From Candidatus Omnitrophota bacterium (lineage in GTDB: Bacteria; Omnitrophota; Gorgyraeia; Tantalellales; Tantalellaceae), in the NCBI GenBank assembly GCA_049642015.1, contig JBAROI010000054.1, forward strand, positions 553-64,552: a DNA stretch of 64,000 nt, in the 5' to 3' direction. Shown piece after piece: positions 53,981-62,891 of this stretch. Made by a program: the position numbers and the translations under genes. Each line of letters begins with the position of its first letter. The stretch's first letter is position 1. Below the pieces are notes generated by a model. It was not told the DNA's origin. It did no database searches and saw only the letters and a list, made by a program, of their open reading frames with translations.

Positions 53981-55093
53981 ATGAAAGTATTACTCGCAGC
54001 CGGCGGAAGCGGAGGGCATATTTTTCCCTCGATCGCCCTTGCGCGAGAACTGGAAGAGCACGGTGTTGACGGGATCTATTTCGTATCAAGCAAAAGACGG
54101 CTCGACCGGAATATCCTGAAAAAGGACAGGCATAAAAGTTTTTTTCTTTCCGTAAACCCGATGCCGTTCGGGTTTACGCCCCTGCGCATCCTGGCTTTCA
54201 CTTTTAAACTGCTGATGGATACACTCGCTTCGATATGGATCCTTATCAGGGTCCGCCCGGATTGCGTGGTCGGCTTCGGAGGTTATTCTTCGGGATGCAT
54301 AGCGAAGTTGGCAAGCCTTTTCGGCATCCCTGTGCTTATACATGAACAAAACCTTCTTCCCGGCAGGGCGAATCGCCTGCTGAGCGGCGTTGCTGACCGC
54401 ATCGCGGTCAGTTTTTCCGGATCAGCGAAGTATTTTCCCGGGTCGGAAGAGAAGGTCGTATACTCGGGAAACCCGCTCAGGATGGAGCTTTTGTCGAACA
54501 ACAGGGCGGAATCGGTAAAAAAGCTGGGACTGTCCCCGAAAAAGCCGACAGTCCTTATAATGGGAGGCAGCCAGGGGTCGACCTTTCTTAATCGGGCCGC
54601 TTCTGAAGCGGCATGCCTGATCAAAGCGAAAAACGGCGACGCGGTCCAGTTTATTCATCTTACCGGAAGCAAAGATTACGACAAGGTAAAAGAATTTTAC
54701 GAAAAAAACAATATTTCGTGCAAGGTGTTTTCTTTTCTGGAAAGGATAGATGAAGCTTACGCGGCAAGCGATCTGGCGATAAGCCGCGCGGGAGCTGCCG
54801 CGATATTTGAGCTGGCGTTTTACGCGAAGCCCATGATCCTCGTTCCTTACCCGAGCAGCAAGAACAACCAGAGGTATAACGCGATATATTTTTCTCAAAA
54901 AGGCGCCGCCATTTATAAGGAAGAGACGGACCTTTCCCCGGCAGCTTTGGCGGAAACGGTCAGCGATGTGCTGGCGGATATTTCCAGGAGGAGCCGCATG
55001 TCTCATGCCGCCGGGAATTTAAGTAATCCCGACGCGGGAAAAATGCTGGCAGAAGAAGTTATCGCCCTGGCGAAGAAAAGGATGTATAGATGA
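53981..55093 (+). CDS. murG: undecaprenyldiphospho-muramoylpentapeptide beta-N-acetylglucosaminyltransferase
   Basis: AAGGSGGHIFP N-terminal GT28 motif. Confidence 0.85.
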   Translation: MKVLLAAGGSGGHIFPSIALARELEEHGVDGIYFVSSKRRLDRNILKKDRHKSFFLSVNPMPFGFTPLRILAFTFKLLMDTLASIWILIRVRPDCVVGFGGYSSGCIAKLASLFGIPVLIHEQNLLPGRANRLLSGVADRIAVSFSGSAKYFPGSEEKVVYSGNPLRMELLSNNRAESVKKLGLSPKKPTVLIMGGSQGSTFLNRAASEAACLIKAKNGDAVQFIHLTGSKDYDKVKEFYEKNNISCKVFSFLERIDEAYAASDLAISRAGAAAIFELAFYAKPMILVPYPSSKNNQRYNAIYFSQKGAAIYKEETDLSPAALAETVSDVLADISRRSRMSHAAGNLSNPDAGKMLAEEVIALAKKRMYR

Positions 55094-56463
55094 AAGAGAA
55101 GATCCATTTTATTGGAATAGGCGGGATCGGGATGAGCGGCCTGGCGGCTTTCTCGCTCGCGAAAAATAAAGCCGTGTCTGGGTCCGACCTTGAAAAAAAT
55201 GATCTGACCGCGCGCCTCGGCCGTGACGGCGCGACCGTGTACGAAGGCCACAGCGAAGACAACATTGCGGACGATGTGAAGCTTGTCGTCAGGTCCGCGT
55301 GCATAAAAGATGATAACCCGGAGATCGTAAAGGCCCGCCGTCTCGACATTCCGGTTATTTCCAGGGGGGAGTATCTTAAAAGGGTAATGGAAGAGTTCCC
55401 CGTTTCCATAGCGGTTACCGGCACGCACGGGAAAACGACCACAAGCGGCCTTATTGCGCACATCCTGGAATGCTGCGGCAAAGACCCGGCCGCGCTGATA
55501 GGCGGCGAAATAGAGATATTAAAAGGCAACGCCAAATATGGCCGGGGCGATATAATAGTGGCGGAAGTCGACGAGAGCGATGGGACCTTCAGCGAGATCA
55601 AGTCAACTCACGCGTTGATCACCAGCATCGAAAGAGAGCACATGGATCATTATGATTCGATGGAAAATGTCGTTAAAGCGTACAGGGAATTTGTAAGCCG
55701 CATTTCCCCGCAGGGCACTTTCTTTTTTAACGGCGAAGATCCTACAGTCCGCCACCTTTCGCGCGAGGTCGAGCGAAAAAAGGGGAGCTTCGGCATCAAT
55801 GGCGATTTTCAGGTGACCTGCAAAGGCCTGGAGTGCACAAAATCAATAGAATTCGATTCAGTGATTTCCGGGGTGGATTTCGGAAGAATAAAGAGCTCTC
55901 TGGTAGGCCGGCATAACGTCATGAACATCCTGGGGGCGATCGCGGTCAGTATGTCCATGGGGCTTGGTTTCGAGAAGGTTTCAGAGGCGATCGGATCGTT
56001 CAGCGGCGTCAAAAGAAGATTTGAAGTAATAGACAGAGTGGGAACGATAGAAGTAATAGAGGATTACGCCCATCACCCGACGGAGCTTGACGCCGTGATC
56101 AGCGCGGCCAGGGATTACAGCGAAGGCCGCGTCATCACTGTGTTTCAGCCCCACCGCTATTCGAGGACGCGTGACCTGGCGGGGAGTTTTGTAAATTGCT
56201 TTTACGATTCGAACGTCTTAATACTGACCGACGTTTATTCCGCGTTTGAAGACAAGACAGAGGAAACAGATATACGCGATATTTTTAACGGTATCGATAA
56301 GGACAGGTTCGAGATCCTGGATTTTATGGAAATGGACCGTATCCCGGAATACGTATCGGGTATAGTCCGGGAAAACGACCTGGTCCTTGTCCTCGGGGCC
56401 GGGGATATCCGTAAAATATCCGGTGCGATAGCAGAAAAGATCAGGGAAAAGAAGGGTGACTGA
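55090..56463 (+). CDS. murC: UDP-N-acetylmuramate--L-alanine ligase
   Basis: IHFIGIGGIGMSGLA and GTHGKTTT motifs. Confidence 0.85.
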   Translation: MKEKIHFIGIGGIGMSGLAAFSLAKNKAVSGSDLEKNDLTARLGRDGATVYEGHSEDNIADDVKLVVRSACIKDDNPEIVKARRLDIPVISRGEYLKRVMEEFPVSIAVTGTHGKTTTSGLIAHILECCGKDPAALIGGEIEILKGNAKYGRGDIIVAEVDESDGTFSEIKSTHALITSIEREHMDHYDSMENVVKAYREFVSRISPQGTFFFNGEDPTVRHLSREVERKKGSFGINGDFQVTCKGLECTKSIEFDSVISGVDFGRIKSSLVGRHNVMNILGAIAVSMSMGLGFEKVSEAIGSFSGVKRRFEVIDRVGTIEVIEDYAHHPTELDAVISAARDYSEGRVITVFQPHRYSRTRDLAGSFVNCFYDSNVLILTDVYSAFEDKTEETDIRDIFNGIDKDRFEILDFMEMDRIPEYVSGIVRENDLVLVLGAGDIRKISGAIAEKIREKKGD

Positions 56464-57373
56464 AAAAGTACGAAATAAATTAGTCGAAATATGCGATGCA
56501 ACCGGAAGCCGTGTCGCTTTTGACGAGGATCTTTCCACGCACAGCACGATTTCCGTCGGCGGAAAAGCAAAAGCCTGGTTTGTGCCTTCTTCTCTTGAAG
56601 CCTTGCGCGAAGCGGTCCTTTTTCTGTGCGATTCGGGAACATCTTCAATTGTCGTGGGCAACGGCAGCAACGTCCTGATGCCGGATAACGGGCTGGAAGT
56701 CGCGATCAACCTGGACAACGGTTTTTTCGTTAAGAAAGAGTTCGAAGACAGAAAAGTCCTTGCCGGCGCGGGTGTGGACCTGGGGGGTCTCATTTCCGAT
56801 TGCTGCCTGAGGGGACTCTCGGGGATTGAAGGGCTTGTGGGGATACCGGCTACGGTCGGCGGAGCCCTGGCCACGAACGCTTCATACAAAACGGCGATAA
56901 GCGATTGTCTCGAAAGCGTCCGTGTCATGAATAAAGAAGGTAACGCGAGATGGGTGAAAAAAGGTGACATCAGGTTCGGTTATCGCTCATCTTCTTTTAA
57001 GAACGGTGAAGTGATCGTCGAGGCGGTTTTCAACCTGGCTGAAATGTCGCCGGACCAGCTGAAGCAAGCGCTGAAGGCGAATTTTTGCGACAAAAAACAT
57101 AAACAGCCTCTCGGCGTAAAGACCCTGGGCTGCATATTCAAGAACCCGGAAGGCAGCGAAAGAAAAGCCGGAGAGCTGATCGAGCTAGCAGGCATGAAAG
57201 GCGCGAGCGTTGGCGACGCCCAGGTATCGCAGATGCACGCCAACTTCATCGTCAACAGCGGAAACGCGACCGCACGCGACGTTATTGTGCTCATTGAGGA
57301 AGTGCGCCAGCAAGTCTTCGAGAAGTTTTCGATCGCCCTGGAGCTCGAAATTGAAATATTAGATACCCGGTAG
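56456..57373 (+). CDS. murB: UDP-N-acetylenolpyruvoylglucosamine reductase
   Basis: FAD-binding VVGNGSNVL motif; C-terminal MurB domain. Confidence 0.85.
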   Translation: MTEKVRNKLVEICDATGSRVAFDEDLSTHSTISVGGKAKAWFVPSSLEALREAVLFLCDSGTSSIVVGNGSNVLMPDNGLEVAINLDNGFFVKKEFEDRKVLAGAGVDLGGLISDCCLRGLSGIEGLVGIPATVGGALATNASYKTAISDCLESVRVMNKEGNARWVKKGDIRFGYRSSSFKNGEVIVEAVFNLAEMSPDQLKQALKANFCDKKHKQPLGVKTLGCIFKNPEGSERKAGELIELAGMKGASVGDAQVSQMHANFIVNSGNATARDVIVLIEEVRQQVFEKFSIALELEIEILDTR

Positions 57374-57374
57374 A

Positions 57375-57463
57375 TTGTGTGCGGTATTCCGCGCGCAGTT
57401 TCCGAAAAATCGTATTCTAGTTTAGCGTTTTTCGGATGTTTGAGCACGGAATACCGCACACAA
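57375..57463 (+). repeat. family-2 long hairpin element (copy 2)
   Basis: Outer stem ttgtgtgcggtattccg/cggaataccgcacacaa (different sequence, same pairing) around the same conserved core as 41294..41393; begins 2 nt after murB stop. Confidence 0.6.
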
Positions 57464-57486
57464 GCTGCCGGGGTGCTAAGATTACT

Positions 57487-58416
57487 ATGAAAGAGTTAGA
57501 TGCGCTTAGAAAATACGAGATAGGAGTTTTGGCTGGCGGAAGTTCGAGCGAGCGGGAAATAAGCCTGAAGAGCGGAAGAGCCGTTTTCGATGCTTTGCGC
57601 GAGGCAGGCCTTGACGCGGCGCTCATCGACGTCAAAGAGGACGACTTTGCTTTACTGGTGAACGAGGCCGGCATAGACCTGGCCTTTATCGCCCTGCATG
57701 GCAGGTTCGGCGAGGACGGGACGGTCCAGAAGATGCTGTTCGAAAGAGGCGTTCTTTACACTGGCTCAGGGCCGGAAGCCTCCCGTATGGCGCTCGACAA
57801 GATCGCGTCAAAAGAGCGGTTAAGCGGGAAAGACCTGAAGACTCCCGAGTACATGGTTACGGAGCTCGGAGAAAGCATACCGTACGAAAGCGTCTGGTTC
57901 CCCTGTGTCGTCAAGCCCCAGCATGAAGGGTCGAGCATAGGCCTTACGGTCGTTTCCTCGAAGGAGCACCTGGCAGAGGCGGTGGACAGGGCTTCTAATT
58001 ACAGCAGGCGCATCATCATCGAAAAATTTATTGAGGGCAGAGAGATAACAGTCGGCATACTGGAGAACAGGGCGCTGCCCGTGGTAGAGATCGTCCCCGA
58101 AGGAGGGTGCTACGATTTTAACGCCAAGTATCAATCGGCAAATACCAGGTACATCGTTCCGGCTGATATCGACGAAGACGTTTTTAAACGCGCCCAGGAA
58201 ACGGCGGTAAACGCCCACAACGCCCTTGGCTGCGAGGAATTCTCCAGGGTGGATATGCGGCTTTCGTCCGAGGGAGAATTATTTATTCTGGAGGTCAACA
58301 CCATCCCGGGACTCACCGAGAGGAGTTTGCTTCCGATGGCAGCAAAGGCGGTGGGCTTGAGTTTTACCGAGCTATGCGTTAAGATACTTGTGGGAGCGAT
58401 CAGGAAAGTCAAGTGA
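57487..58416 (+). CDS. ddl: D-alanine--D-alanine ligase
   Basis: ATP-grasp; GVLAGGSSSEREISL N-terminus; start at MKELDAL (57487) within track ORF 57436. Confidence 0.85.
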   Translation: MKELDALRKYEIGVLAGGSSSEREISLKSGRAVFDALREAGLDAALIDVKEDDFALLVNEAGIDLAFIALHGRFGEDGTVQKMLFERGVLYTGSGPEASRMALDKIASKERLSGKDLKTPEYMVTELGESIPYESVWFPCVVKPQHEGSSIGLTVVSSKEHLAEAVDRASNYSRRIIIEKFIEGREITVGILENRALPVVEIVPEGGCYDFNAKYQSANTRYIVPADIDEDVFKRAQETAVNAHNALGCEEFSRVDMRLSSEGELFILEVNTIPGLTERSLLPMAAKAVGLSFTELCVKILVGAIRKVK

Positions 58417-58565
58417 GGGCCAAACTTAGCGAAGCTAAGTTTGCTGGCCGAACTTGACCCCACACCCAGCATATTATGAACATAGCATGCTGGGTGTGGG
58501 GTTTAATTCGACCGAATACCTTACGTGCACAGTGTGCACGTAAGGTATGGTCTCATTAAAGGAGG
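58410..58565 (+). repeat. family-1 structured intergenic leader element, copy D
   Basis: caagtgagggcc + module-1 hairpin + gccgaacttgacc + cccacacccag...ctgggtgtggg + ttacgtgcac/gtgcacgtaa hairpin with outer stem acct/aggt (agtt/aact in copy C) + ctcattaaaggagg SD; ddl stop TGA lies inside the element. Confidence 0.7.
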
Positions 58566-58573
58566 ATAAATAA

Positions 58574-59350
58574 GTGGCGAGAAGAAAAAAAGGACAGGAT
58601 TTTGGAAATCTTTTCAAGAATCTCTTTAGCAGCAAACTTGTTTTGATAGGTCTTTTGTGCATTGTTGTAACAGGAGGTTTTTTTTACGGCATCTGGTATT
58701 TTCTGCATAATGACCCGTTTTTCACTATAAACAGCGTATCGGTGAACGAGGAAGGGGATTATTCCCTGTGGAAAGGGAAGGATAGGCTCGGCAGGCTTTA
58801 TGCGGGAAGGAACATATTTAGCGTAAATCCCGCGGAGATAGAGATAATGATAAGAGATGAAGCCCCGCAGCTGGATACTGTAACCGTGCGGCGGATCATG
58901 CCGGACAGGCTTGAAATAGACGTTGTTCCCCGCAGACCCGTGGCATTTATAGACGCGGGGGAACCTGTTATTATCGACGCTGAGGCGATCGTCTTGAGCC
59001 GGGAAGGCAGCACAGGGGATCTGGTCCAGATAAAAGGGATCAGGTTCTTTTTTTCAAGCCCTTCGGTGGGCGAGCGTATCGACAACGCGATGCTGTCCAA
59101 AGCCCTGGCGCTTCTGGATGCCTTGCGCGAGAAAGGCATCTCCGGAAAAATCCCCGTTAAATTTATTGATATCTCCGACCGGAACGATATCCAGTTCAGC
59201 ATTCTTGACGTCAGGATAAAGATGGGAAACAGCGGTTTTCCCGGAAAAATAATCAAACTCAAAGAGATACTGGATGACCCCGATGTTGACATCAAAGACA
59301 TAAAATACATCGATCTGAGGTTCGAGAAGGCGGTCATATCTCCGAAGTGA
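58574..59350 (+). CDS. ftsQ: cell-division protein FtsQ (POTRA)
   Basis: GTG start 8 nt after GGAGG; single TM then POTRA-like domain; dcw position. Confidence 0.7.
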   Translation: MARRKKGQDFGNLFKNLFSSKLVLIGLLCIVVTGGFFYGIWYFLHNDPFFTINSVSVNEEGDYSLWKGKDRLGRLYAGRNIFSVNPAEIEIMIRDEAPQLDTVTVRRIMPDRLEIDVVPRRPVAFIDAGEPVIIDAEAIVLSREGSTGDLVQIKGIRFFFSSPSVGERIDNAMLSKALALLDALREKGISGKIPVKFIDISDRNDIQFSILDVRIKMGNSGFPGKIIKLKEILDDPDVDIKDIKYIDLRFEKAVISPK

Positions 59351-59489
59351 AGTAAGGACACAACTTACGGAGTGAAACGACGTAAGTTGTAAGTCCGAAC
59401 TTCATCCTGAGCGAACGAACAAAGTGAGTGAGTCGAAGGATCTCAAGAAAGATTCCTCGACTCCCCTGGGTCTTCGCCCGGGGTCGCTC

Positions 59490-59520
59490 GCCCCGTTAGA
59501 AACGGAATTTCTAACGGGGC
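59490..59520 (+). repeat. family-3 hairpin (gccccgttagaaa / tttctaacggggc), copy 2
   Basis: 13-bp stem, 5-nt loop, in ftsQ-ftsA spacer; shares ccgttagaaa arm with copy 1. Confidence 0.6.
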
Positions 59521-59566
59521 TCGGAATGACATCAGGAAGACTAATGAAGTCGAAGGATCTAAAAAG

Positions 59567-60619
59567 ATGAACAGGTATTTTGCGATCTTAAATACGGGAT
59601 CTGACGAGATCACGGCAGTTGCAGCCCGCTGGACGGGGAGCGGCGACTATTTACTGGAAGGTTTCTGCAGGGGCGCCTCGAGGGGCCTTCGGAAGGGAGT
59701 CGTCGACGATATTACCGCCGCGGCAAGCGCTGTGCACGGCGTATTGAACGACCTGAAGGAGAGATCGGGCAAAAAATTTTCAGATGTGTACGCAAGTATA
59801 AGCTCTTCCTCCGTCAGGATCGCTTCGTCCCGGGGGATGGTGGTGCTTTCGAAATACGGACGCGAGATCAACGAGAACGACATAAAGAAATGCGTCCAGG
59901 CCGGGTCCACGGTAAAGATGCCGCTCGATAAAGAGGCCCTGCATTACATAGTTAGCGGGTTTTCCGTTGACGGAGAAAAATCCGTAAAAAATCCTTTGAA
60001 TCTGGAAGGCGTCAAACTTAACGCCAACATGAACATTATCACGATAAACTCTTCGGCGTTAAACAATCTTGCTAAATGTATTACCATGGCCGGCTTTTCT
60101 CCCGCGGGGTTTGTTTTTTCCGGACTTGCCACGTCTTACAGGGTCCTGGACGAAGAGGAAAAAGAAGAAGGGACCGTTTTGCTGGACATAGGAGACGATA
60201 CCGTTGAAGCCCTGGCCTTTTACAGGGGCATATTAAGAGGGTGCAGGGTTTTTCCCATAGGATTGAACGAGATCCTCCTGAAAGGCGAGAATGTCGATAA
60301 AAGCAGCATAGATGATCTTGTTTCACAGATCGTTTCCCTGCCCGGCTGGGATACGACCCGCAAGGTAGTGGTGACAGGCAATGGGGCAATGGTCGACAGG
60401 CTGGTCGAGGTTCTGGAAAAGTCCTTCAAGCGCCCTACCGAGATCGGGACTTTTCTTGTAAAGCCGTTCGAGGAACTCCCTCCCGAAAGAATGAGGTATC
60501 TCGGGAACATCGGCATACTGGATTACCTCCGGGAAAAGAAACTGGCAGAACGTCACTCCGGAAATCCGACAAAAAGGGTTTTCAACAAGATCCTCGCTTT
60601 CATCGACCGCTATTTCTAG
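59567..60619 (+). CDS. ftsA: cell-division protein FtsA (actin-like ATPase), short form
   Basis: Alignable to E. coli FtsA blocks (LDIGDDTVEALAFYRG..., VVVTGNGAM...). Confidence 0.7.
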   Translation: MNRYFAILNTGSDEITAVAARWTGSGDYLLEGFCRGASRGLRKGVVDDITAAASAVHGVLNDLKERSGKKFSDVYASISSSSVRIASSRGMVVLSKYGREINENDIKKCVQAGSTVKMPLDKEALHYIVSGFSVDGEKSVKNPLNLEGVKLNANMNIITINSSALNNLAKCITMAGFSPAGFVFSGLATSYRVLDEEEKEEGTVLLDIGDDTVEALAFYRGILRGCRVFPIGLNEILLKGENVDKSSIDDLVSQIVSLPGWDTTRKVVVTGNGAMVDRLVEVLEKSFKRPTEIGTFLVKPFEELPPERMRYLGNIGILDYLREKKLAERHSGNPTKRVFNKILAFIDRYF

Positions 60620-60703
60620 CTTTATATTCCGCAATTGACAATACCCCTAAATTATGATAATTTTAACCATTAACTTCGTGGCTAAAATAATGGGGTATAT
60701 ATT

Positions 60704-61504
60704 ATGAATAATTTTAAAATAGGGATTATAGGCTGTGGCAATATGGGCGGGGCCATCGTCCGCGGCATGGTCAATAAAGGCATCGTCGAAGGCAAGAATA
60801 TATATTTAGAAGACAAAGATATAAATAAATCGGCGTCTCTTGCCAAAGAGACCGGGGCCCTGGATGAGGACCTTTGTTTTTTGATGAGTAAATCGGACAT
60901 TGTCATCATAGCCGTAAAGCCCCAGGACTTTGATCACCTGTCGGAGGGCATAGTCTCCGAGGTTGCCGGACAGACCTTTATTTCCGTAATGGCGGGAATA
61001 AATATAGATACGATCGTTAAAAAGCTCGGCAGGGAAGTGCCGGTCGCCAGAGCCATGCCTAATATGGGCGCGTTCGTGGCCGAAGGCGTGACATGTCTTT
61101 CGTATAACTCTCTTGTAAACAAGAAGGAAGAGGTAAGATCTGTTTTTTCGGGCATAGGTGAAGTGTTTGAGGTGGAAGAAGGCGCCATGAACGCTGTGAC
61201 GGCCGTCTCCGGAAGCGGACCCGCATACCTTTTTTATCTGGCGGATGCCATGATCTCAGCCGCCGAAAAGTCAGGGCTGGACAAAGATACAGCCGCGAAA
61301 CTTGTTGAGCAGACCTTGCTGGGAAGCACGATGCTGCTCAAAAAGTCGGGAGAGTCGCCCGGCGAGCTTATCTCTAAAGTTGCCTCAAGGGGAGGGACCA
61401 CGGAAGCCGCGTTATCTGTTTTTGACGCGGAAAACCTGAAATCCATCATCGAAAACGCTATCCAGAAGGCGAAAGAACGCTCCGAGGAACTTTCGAAAGG
61501 ATAA
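60704..61504 (+). CDS. proC: pyrroline-5-carboxylate reductase
   Basis: IGIIGCGNMGGAIVRG Rossmann motif; GSGPAYLF; C-terminal P5CR dimerisation domain. Confidence 0.8.
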   Translation: MNNFKIGIIGCGNMGGAIVRGMVNKGIVEGKNIYLEDKDINKSASLAKETGALDEDLCFLMSKSDIVIIAVKPQDFDHLSEGIVSEVAGQTFISVMAGINIDTIVKKLGREVPVARAMPNMGAFVAEGVTCLSYNSLVNKKEEVRSVFSGIGEVFEVEEGAMNAVTAVSGSGPAYLFYLADAMISAAEKSGLDKDTAAKLVEQTLLGSTMLLKKSGESPGELISKVASRGGTTEAALSVFDAENLKSIIENAIQKAKERSEELSKG

Positions 61505-61508
61505 AAAG

Positions 61509-61805
61509 ATGTTTATCGTAGGGGAAGTATTAAAAAGCCTTGCTTTATTAATATCACTGCTCTTCAACGTGATCTACTTCGTTTTGATAATAAGGATCAT
61601 TCTTTCGTGGGTCGGCGCCGACCCTTATAACGAAATAGTCCAGATCATTTACAGGGTTACCGATCCGATATTGGCCCCGTTCCGCAGGCTTCCGCTCCAA
61701 ATGGGCGCGATAGATTTTTCCCCGATCCTGGCCTTTATAGTGCTGAGCGTTCTGAGGAACTTTATCGTTAATATTCTCTACCAGCTGGCGTACCGGCTAG
61801 GATAG
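61509..61805 (+). CDS. YggT-family membrane protein
   Basis: ~98 aa, two TM, YggT-like pattern; common dcw-distal neighbour. Confidence 0.65.
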   Translation: MFIVGEVLKSLALLISLLFNVIYFVLIIRIILSWVGADPYNEIVQIIYRVTDPILAPFRRLPLQMGAIDFSPILAFIVLSVLRNFIVNILYQLAYRLG

Positions 61806-61809
61806 GCAG

Positions 61810-62034
61810 ATGAAACTGAAGGTAAAGGTTTTTCCGAAGTCTTCACGCGAAGAGCTGGTTGAAACCGGCGGAGTCATCAAGGTCTACGTCAAGGCCGCGC
61901 CCGAGAAGGGAAAGGCTAATAAGGCCCTGATAGCGCTTGTCGCGAAAGAATACGGGGTGAAGAAAAGTAAAGTGGTGATCTTGAGGGGCGAAACAGGCAG
62001 GAACAAACTTCTGGAGGTTTTAAAAGATGGGTAA
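61810..62034 (+). CDS. DUF167 (YggU-like) protein
   Basis: KVKVFPKSSREEL...VKAAPEKGKANKALIALVAKEYGV matches DUF167. Confidence 0.65.
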   Translation: MKLKVKVFPKSSREELVETGGVIKVYVKAAPEKGKANKALIALVAKEYGVKKSKVVILRGETGRNKLLEVLKDG

Positions 62035-62890
62035 AATAGGCATTATAGGTGGAAGCGCTCTTTATGCGATAGAAGGACTTGATGTAATAGAAACAAAGGA
62101 AGTCTCAACGCCTTTTGGTGAACCTTCTGATGAGTTTGTGATAGGGAACCTGGCCGGGAAGGAAGTCGTCTTTCTTCCGAGACACCAGAGGACGCACAGC
62201 CTGCTCCCGACCGAGATAAATTACAGGGCCAACATGTTCGCCTTTAAGCTTCTCGGTGTCGACAGGATAATATCCGTATCCGCGGTCGGCAGTCTCAAAG
62301 AGGAGGTAAGGCCCCTGGATATTCTTCTCGTTGATCAGTTCATAGACAGGACCAATCAGGGAAGGTCAACGACCTTTTTTGGTGACGGTATTGTCGCGCA
62401 CATAGCGTTCGCCGAGCCGATCTGCCCCGAGCTCAAAGAGCTGATCTACAAAAGCAACCGCGAGCTTGATGTCAAGATACATGACAGCGGGACTTACATC
62501 AACATGGAGGGCCCGGCCTTTTCGACAAAGGCAGAGTCGTACCTCTACAAAAGCTGGGGCGCTGATGTTATCGGGATGACCAATATACAGGAAGCGCGGT
62601 TGGCCCGCGAAGCCGGCATATGTTACTCCACGATAGCGATGATAACAGATTATGATTGCTGGCATCTCAGTCCGCAGGTCGAAACGGTGTCGGTGGAAAT
62701 GGTCATGCAGAACCTCGATAAGGGCGCTGATATCTCCAAAAAAATGCTGCTGAACACTATAAAGAACATGCCGGATACCAGGTCATGCGGATGCGCGGAA
62801 GCGCTTCGGAACGCTGTTGTCACAAGGAAAGAGGCGGTCCCGAAAGAGATCCTGGAAAGATTAAAACCGATCATCGAAGGGTTCATGTAA
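62027..62890 (+). CDS. mtnP: S-methyl-5'-thioadenosine phosphorylase
   Basis: PNP/MTAP family: MGKIGIIGGSALY...FLPRHQRTHSLLPTEINYRAN. Confidence 0.8.
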   Translation: MGKIGIIGGSALYAIEGLDVIETKEVSTPFGEPSDEFVIGNLAGKEVVFLPRHQRTHSLLPTEINYRANMFAFKLLGVDRIISVSAVGSLKEEVRPLDILLVDQFIDRTNQGRSTTFFGDGIVAHIAFAEPICPELKELIYKSNRELDVKIHDSGTYINMEGPAFSTKAESYLYKSWGADVIGMTNIQEARLAREAGICYSTIAMITDYDCWHLSPQVETVSVEMVMQNLDKGADISKKMLLNTIKNMPDTRSCGCAEALRNAVVTRKEAVPKEILERLKPIIEGFM

Positions 62891-62891
62891 A

